64,000 bases of DNA, from positions 384,001 to 448,000 of the forward strand of contig OZ271918.1 of the NCBI GenBank assembly GCA_965602015.1, given 5' to 3'. A program made the translations under genes and the position numbers. Shown here in pieces: positions 58,699-64,000 of the stretch; positions within the stretch are counted from its first letter, which is position 1; each line of letters begins with the position of its first letter. The stretch is from Salinispira sp. GTDB taxonomy: Bacteria; Spirochaetota; Spirochaetia; DSM-27196; Salinispiraceae. The notes under the pieces were generated by a model. The model made no database searches. It was not told the origin of the DNA and was given only the letters and a program-made list of their open reading frames with translations.

Positions 58699-60798
58699 TT
58701 AGCTGGTCCGGTAACCCAGGGGATACTCCAGAATTCTCGTCTGCCCGGCGGAGAGCAAGACCTTCCCTTCATCGGAAACCGGATGGTCGTCATGCAGGCA
58801 ATCGCCGATGCTCCCAAACGCCGCAACTTCGCTGAAAGCGCTTTTTTTCAGGCTGATGACCTGGGCATCTCCGAAATTTATCAGGAAGAGATACTCGGTA
58901 TCCGGACCTCGGCGCAGCAGGACCTCCACATCGCCTTTTTTCTGTCCGGATTCGGTGCCCGCTACATCCGAGACTATCGACTCGACTCCTGCGGCCGTGC
59001 AAAAAATGGAAACCAGATATCGGTTCCAATCAGCCTCACCCAGGCAGCCGGAATACCAGAACTCCCCCGATCCGACTGGGTTAACTGTAAGGGCCCCCCG
59101 GCCCGCGAAGGGTCCCTCGCTAATTTCAGCCAGCACCCGGGCGCCGTCAGCCGTGAGCGGTTCGAACCACCGGCTTGCACTAAAGGTTCTCCCCTCCGCA
59201 GTTATACCTAGCATTTTGCCCTCGGGCAGGGGACAGAATTCCGTGAAATGCATTCCGCAGAAATCTGCAAACCCTCCGGGGTAGCCCCCGGGGTACACGC
59301 CGTCTCCGGGGTCGACCATCCCCGACCAGGGACCGGCAAGAAAATGACCGCCGGCCTGGCAATACTCGCGAATGCGTTGAGCAGCCTCTGGTGAGACCAT
59401 ATGCAGTAGCGGCGCGGCAATTGCCGGGTACGCTGAAAAATCCCCGTCGACGGAAATGATGTCAACCGGGATGTGCAGTTCCCGGAAACCCCGGTAAATC
59501 CGGTCTATGGCGTCGAGATATCTGAGTTCCGTGCTGGGGCCCGGTTCGTATTCCGCCGACCACCAGCTTTGGTAATCGAAAACAATTGCCGCCCGGTTAT
59601 GCGAGCGGCTGCCCGAAAGCCCGGCCAGGTCAATCAGGCGACGCCCCAACCGGCTGATTTCCGTGAAGGTCCGCGAGTCATCCCGGCCGCTGTGGTCAAC
59701 CATTGCGCTGTGCCATTTTTCCGCCCCCCGGAGGCTTTGCCGCCATTGAAAGAACATAATCGCATCGGCCCCGTGGGCAAGGGCCTGATAGCTGAACCGC
59801 TCCATCATACCCGGCGGCTTTACCTGGTTTATCTTCCGCCAGTTCACCTGGCTTGAAGCCTGTTCCATGAGAATAAACGGCGCCCCGTTTCCCAGTCCCC
59901 GCATGATGTCGTGGTCCAGGGCGTTGTGGGCCGGGTCGTAATGGGAGTCAGGGTCGGGGTAGCTGTCCCAGCTGATAACGTCGACGTGGGGCGACCAGGC
60001 GAAGTAGTCCACGGGCTTGAAGCGCATCATAAAATTGGTGGTGACCGGTATTTCCGGGGTTATTTCCTTGAGAACCGCCCGTTCATTGAGGTAGCATTCC
60101 AGAAGGCTGTGAGACATGAATCTCCGGTAATCCAGAACATGGGCGGGGTTCCGCTGGGCGCTGCTCACCTTCGGCGCGGGTATTTGACTAAAATCTCCGT
60201 AGCTCTGGCTCCAAAACCTGGTACCCCAGGAGTCATTGAGGGCGCCGATGCTGCCGTACCGGTTTTTCAGCCAGCTCTGAAATTCGTCGCGGCAGGTATT
60301 GCAGTAACAGGCATCGGTGTGGCAGGCGTACTCGTTGTTTACATGCCAGAGTATCAGCGCCGGATGCTTGCCGTAGCGCTCGGCCATGCGCCGGGCCAGC
60401 GCGCCGCTCAGCCGGCGGAGATCGGGGTTGTTCGGACAGTAACTTTGACGGGAACCGTAGTTTACCCGCCGCCCGTACTCGTCTACCGGCAACACATCGG
60501 GGTAGGCCACCGACAGCCAGGGAGGCTGGCTGGCAGTGGCGGTAGCCAGATCGATGCTGATGCCCCCCCGGTGAAGCCGTTCGACTATGTCATCTAGCCA
60601 TTCGAAATCCCACCTGTCCTCCGCGGGCTGCAGCAGGGCCCAGGAGAAAATCCCCAGTGATACGCAGTTGACCCCGGCTTTTTGCATGAGCTCGATGTCC
60701 AGGTCCCACACTTCCCTGGGCCACTGCTCCGGATTGTAGTCGCCGCCGTAGAGAAGGCCATTGGGGGGGGCGAACCCGCGTTTTTTATCCCGTTGCAT
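58699..60798 (-). CDS. GH42 beta-galactosidase
   Basis: YGGDYNPEQW, WHVNNEY, SWDSYP, LMEQ and FFQWR..EKWH motifs. Confidence 0.93.
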   Translation of the reverse strand: MQRDKKRGFAPPNGLLYGGDYNPEQWPREVWDLDIELMQKAGVNCVSLGIFSWALLQPAEDRWDFEWLDDIVERLHRGGISIDLATATASQPPWLSVAYPDVLPVDEYGRRVNYGSRQSYCPNNPDLRRLSGALARRMAERYGKHPALILWHVNNEYACHTDACYCNTCRDEFQSWLKNRYGSIGALNDSWGTRFWSQSYGDFSQIPAPKVSSAQRNPAHVLDYRRFMSHSLLECYLNERAVLKEITPEIPVTTNFMMRFKPVDYFAWSPHVDVISWDSYPDPDSHYDPAHNALDHDIMRGLGNGAPFILMEQASSQVNWRKINQVKPPGMMERFSYQALAHGADAIMFFQWRQSLRGAEKWHSAMVDHSGRDDSRTFTEISRLGRRLIDLAGLSGSRSHNRAAIVFDYQSWWSAEYEPGPSTELRYLDAIDRIYRGFRELHIPVDIISVDGDFSAYPAIAAPLLHMVSPEAAQRIREYCQAGGHFLAGPWSGMVDPGDGVYPGGYPGGFADFCGMHFTEFCPLPEGKMLGITAEGRTFSASRWFEPLTADGARVLAEISEGPFAGRGALTVNPVGSGEFWYSGCLGEADWNRYLVSIFCTAAGVESIVSDVAGTESGQKKGDVEVLLRRGPDTEYLFLINFGDAQVISLKKSAFSEVAAFGSIGDCLHDDHPVSDEGKVLLSAGQTRILEYPLGYRTS

Positions 60799-60803
60799 TG
60801 TGG

Positions 60804-62066
60804 CTATCCCTTCAAACCGCTGGACATAATGCTCTTGAGGTAATACTTCTGCATGGAAATGAACACTATGACCGGGGGAATAATCGTCACCGCCGCACCG
60901 GCCAGAATGAGATTTAATTTATCCGATGCCCGGCCCTGGAGCTGACTTAAGGCGAGGGTGAGAACCGAATTGTCGCTGCCGATTTTTATGATTATCAGCG
61001 GCCACAGGAATGAATTCCATGCGTACAGGAAGGAGAATGTTGCCAGAGTCGCTATTCCCGGCATGACCGCGGGAATAAAGAGCTTGCGGAGCATAAGCCA
61101 GCGGGAAGCGCCGTCTATGTATGCCGCCTCCTCGAGCTCCTTTGGTATGGCCAGAAAGAACTGCCGCATGAGGAATGTACCGTACACCGTGAAAATCCAG
61201 GGAACAATAAGGGCTGTTGTGGTGTTTACCCAATCCAGGGCCTGCATTACCTGGTACAGCGGGATTATCAGCACCACGAAGGGGATCATGTAGGTCGCCA
61301 AATATAGCAAAAAGAGTTTGTCCCTCCCGGGGAATTTGAGCCGGGCAAACGCATAGCCGCCCATTATGCTTGTCAGAAGCTGGCCGGCCACCACCAAAAT
61401 GGTTACCAGGGTGGTGTTCGTCAAGGAGCGGTACAGACCCTGAAGTTCGAAAACCTCGACGTAATTTTCCGGATGGGCAGCCAGGCGTTCTACGGGGACC
61501 GAGAGCCTGATGTTGGCATAGTATCGGCGGTCGGAATCATCGAGAACCGCAAACTCCCCGACAGCAGTCTGGGAAATCCTGATCATGGGAATCACCTGAC
61601 CGTCGAGATTTACATCCCATAAACCGTACTCCGTACCCTCGAACATTACGGTTTCCTGATCTGCGAAAAATCCCCCCCGGGGCTCAATTTCTTCGCTGAA
61701 CAGGGTATAGCGGACCCCGCTGTTGGCCGGATCGAGGTATTCGCCGATTCTGATATTTCGGGCGACCAGGGCGGCTTCCAGCGATTGCGAGTCAGACGGC
61801 AGGCGAACCAATACCCCCCGGGCGTCTTCAGTAAATCGCTCGCTGGCCGCCAAATCGAACAACGGCAGGTCTTCACCGGCGCCTTCAATGCTTACCAGCA
61901 CCTGGTCCCGGGGCAGGAGCCTGGGGGGAACCCTGAAGGTATCTTCGGGAGTCTTGAGGCTGGAGCTGAGCATATAGGTGAAGGGGAAAAGCATAAACCA
62001 CGCCACAATTATCAGCAGCAGAATTACCGAGTAGTTTCGCAATCGGGTTTTTGTTTTTATAGTCAT
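60804..62066 (-). CDS. Carbohydrate ABC permease (MalG-type) with large extracytoplasmic insertion
   Basis: GYAFARLKFPGRD and EEAAYIDGA motifs; long hydrophilic insert after TM1. Confidence 0.9.
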   Translation of the reverse strand: MTIKTKTRLRNYSVILLLIIVAWFMLFPFTYMLSSSLKTPEDTFRVPPRLLPRDQVLVSIEGAGEDLPLFDLAASERFTEDARGVLVRLPSDSQSLEAALVARNIRIGEYLDPANSGVRYTLFSEEIEPRGGFFADQETVMFEGTEYGLWDVNLDGQVIPMIRISQTAVGEFAVLDDSDRRYYANIRLSVPVERLAAHPENYVEVFELQGLYRSLTNTTLVTILVVAGQLLTSIMGGYAFARLKFPGRDKLFLLYLATYMIPFVVLIIPLYQVMQALDWVNTTTALIVPWIFTVYGTFLMRQFFLAIPKELEEAAYIDGASRWLMLRKLFIPAVMPGIATLATFSFLYAWNSFLWPLIIIKIGSDNSVLTLALSQLQGRASDKLNLILAGAAVTIIPPVIVFISMQKYYLKSIMSSGLKG

Positions 62067-62076
62067 GGTAATCACC

Positions 62077-63762
62077 TCAATACAGAGATTCAGCGGCTTT
62101 TTGACGCCGATACTGGAAAATTGTCACGACGAATATCAAGAGGAACAGAACCCAGGCGGTCGCCGAAGCGTATCCCTGGCTGAAGCGCTCGAAGCCGTTT
62201 TGGTACAGATAGAACACGACGGTAAGGGTCGCGTTATTGACGGTTTCGGGATTGCTGGTCGCGATATACACCTGCTCGAAAAGCTGAAGAGCCTGGATGG
62301 TGCTGGTGGCCACCACAAAAAAGGTGGTGGGAGCCAGGAGGGGCAGGGTTATTCGAAAAAAGCGGCTCACGGGACCCGCCCCGTCAATGGTGCTGGCTTC
62401 GTACAGGGTTTTCGGAATATTCTGAAGCCCCGCCAGGAAGAGCACGGTGTTGAAGCCCACGGTTTGCCACACGGCCATTATGGCGATGGCGAAAAGGGCG
62501 ATGGACGGGGTGCTGAGCCAATTGATGTTTTCGTAGACCAGATCCTGGGCGAGGAAAATATTGATGAAGTCCACGACCCGCGAGAGGCCGAAATTTATGA
62601 ATCCGACGATTCCGTGGTACAGCCATTTCCAAATCAGGGCGATTCCGACGATTGCCGCGATGGAGGGGATGAAGAAAATCACCCTGAACAGCTTCATGCC
62701 GGGTATATCGCTGTTAAGTATGCTTGATAATACCAGGGCCAGCGCGACGCTCATGGGAACCGCCATGAGGGCAAAGCGCACGGTATTTCCCAGGGAAATC
62801 CAAAAAAGCGGATCCCGGGCGCCGACGAGAATCCAGGTTCCAAAGAGGGAGAAACGGGTCAGCTCGGCGAAACGCAGACCGTCCATTACCGAAGTCAGCG
62901 GCTGGGTTGCGCCGGAAAGAACGGCGAGTCTCAACGATAATATTTCGAGATAGTTCCCCAGTCCGATGAACTCCGGGGGGTCGGGGCTCAAGGCATCCCA
63001 GGCGAAAAAACTCATTATAAAAGAGAGAACCAGAGGCCCGGCGAAAAAAATTATGAATCCAAGGACATTGGGGGTGAGAAAGAAAAAACCGGCGATGGCC
63101 TGGGATTGCTGATGAGTCGTGGAAAAGTGATCCTGAACCGTTTCGTTCATGAACAGCAGGGTGATAAGGCCCATGATTGCCGAGCCGAGAAAAAGCCCCA
63201 GAGTTGCCAGGTTGCCGAGGCTGAGAAGCACCGTCCAGAGGGCGGGGAATACCCCTATCTGAAGCATTAGTACCAGGGCAACAAGAAGCACTCCCGCAAG
63301 GGAGGTGAGGGATGCGACGCGAATGTGAGCGCTGGTAATTCCGCCGCTGCGGTATCGTTTTCGAATGGAGCCGACTATCCACTGCCGCAGAACGATGAGA
63401 ACTACGAGGAAAATCGTGGTGAAAAATCCGTTTGCGAAGTTTGCCGCAATTCGGTCGAGCATGAGAAAAAAGCCCATTCTGTGGATTGCCGGCAAAATCA
63501 GACCCAAAAAGCCGACATAGTGAACCCCGAGAGCCCAAAAGCGCCCGTGGGGATGTCCGCCGTAAAGCCGCAGTGACATGACAACGGCGGCAACGGCGTA
63601 CAGCGCCAGTACTGCGGGCAAAATAACTGCCAGGGGTCCCGTTACTCCGGGATTTATGATGAATAACGCGGTTCCGGTGATTGCCGCCAGCGCGAGAACT
63701 ATACCCCAGAGACTAACCAGTCGAAGAAGGGTCTGGACATTACGTCCGATAAACTGCTTCAT
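62077..63762 (-). CDS. Carbohydrate ABC permease (MalF-type) with extra N-terminal TM region
   Basis: LAGLQNIP..LYEASTIDGA motif; several additional hydrophobic helices precede the core. Confidence 0.88.
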   Translation of the reverse strand: MKQFIGRNVQTLLRLVSLWGIVLALAAITGTALFIINPGVTGPLAVILPAVLALYAVAAVVMSLRLYGGHPHGRFWALGVHYVGFLGLILPAIHRMGFFLMLDRIAANFANGFFTTIFLVVLIVLRQWIVGSIRKRYRSGGITSAHIRVASLTSLAGVLLVALVLMLQIGVFPALWTVLLSLGNLATLGLFLGSAIMGLITLLFMNETVQDHFSTTHQQSQAIAGFFFLTPNVLGFIIFFAGPLVLSFIMSFFAWDALSPDPPEFIGLGNYLEILSLRLAVLSGATQPLTSVMDGLRFAELTRFSLFGTWILVGARDPLFWISLGNTVRFALMAVPMSVALALVLSSILNSDIPGMKLFRVIFFIPSIAAIVGIALIWKWLYHGIVGFINFGLSRVVDFINIFLAQDLVYENINWLSTPSIALFAIAIMAVWQTVGFNTVLFLAGLQNIPKTLYEASTIDGAGPVSRFFRITLPLLAPTTFFVVATSTIQALQLFEQVYIATSNPETVNNATLTVVFYLYQNGFERFSQGYASATAWVLFLLIFVVTIFQYRRQKAAESLY

Positions 63763-63800
63763 GTTCCGTCCTCCGAGATCATCGTGAGATCTCGCGATTG

Positions 63801-63837
63801 AAAAAAACGGGAACCGGAATGACTTCCGGTTCCCGTT
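63801..63837 (-). terminator. Stem-loop/terminator after the solute-binding protein gene
   Basis: 14-bp perfect stem AACGGGAACCGGAA-TGAC-TTCCGGTTCCCGTT with a T run on the minus strand. Confidence 0.8.
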
Positions 63838-63883
63838 CACAGGGCCTGAGGCGAATTATCCTCAGACTGAAATGGGGGTAGGA

Positions 63884-64000
63884 TCAGTCAAAGGTCCTGT
63901 CGAGTTCTGCCTGAATGCTGTTGGCGAACTCATCGAGGCTGATGCCGCCGGTGAGAACTGCGGCCATGCGGGCTCCGAGAACCGCGTCGAACTCGGGCCA
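63884..64000 (-). CDS. 3' end of a probable sugar ABC substrate-binding protein (partial)
   Basis: Manual translation WPEFDAVLGARMAAVLTGGISLDEFANSIQAELDRTFD*; position upstream of two permeases. Confidence 0.65.
   Translation of the reverse strand, partial: WPEFDAVLGARMAAVLTGGISLDEFANSIQAELDRTFD

Overview
GC-rich bacterial chromosome segment, most likely from a free-living Spirochaetia member. This is inferred from gene order, the RpoB 'HKRRLNALG' signature and rpsL-rpsG standing without fusA/tuf. Contents in order: (1) 1-5028, a Tim44-like/SPFH/UbiB-kinase cluster, a predicted exported protein and sufE. (2) 5050-18933, tRNA-Thr(GGT), tRNA-Trp, secE-nusG-rplKAJL-rpoBC, an inserted aldo/keto reductase, and rpsL-rpsG. 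(3) 18.9-49.3 kb, a mixed region: propeller hybrid kinase, GH13, MFS, LysR-leuCD, ALDH, GGDEF, ABC exporter, BtrH-like protein, two-component pair, yaaA, MCP, ABC importer, PadR pair, and a small gene before glmS. (4) 49.6-58.6 kb, a beta-1,3-glucan (laminarin) locus: GH16 lipoprotein, ABC importer, ROK repressor with three visible operators, and a GH149-like phosphorylase. (5) A GH42 plus ABC operon running off the end of the window. Best novelty candidates: a palindromic non-coding element family seen in three nested sizes (151 bp with flanking direct repeats, a 48-bp perfect palindrome, and a 30-bp hairpin with compensatory changes); a densely paired, pseudoknot-capable RNA between rplJ and rplL; and an 88-aa unknown protein directly upstream of glmS. 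No CRISPR array, rRNA, transposase, integrase or phage gene was seen. All product calls come from motif recognition by eye; no searches were run.
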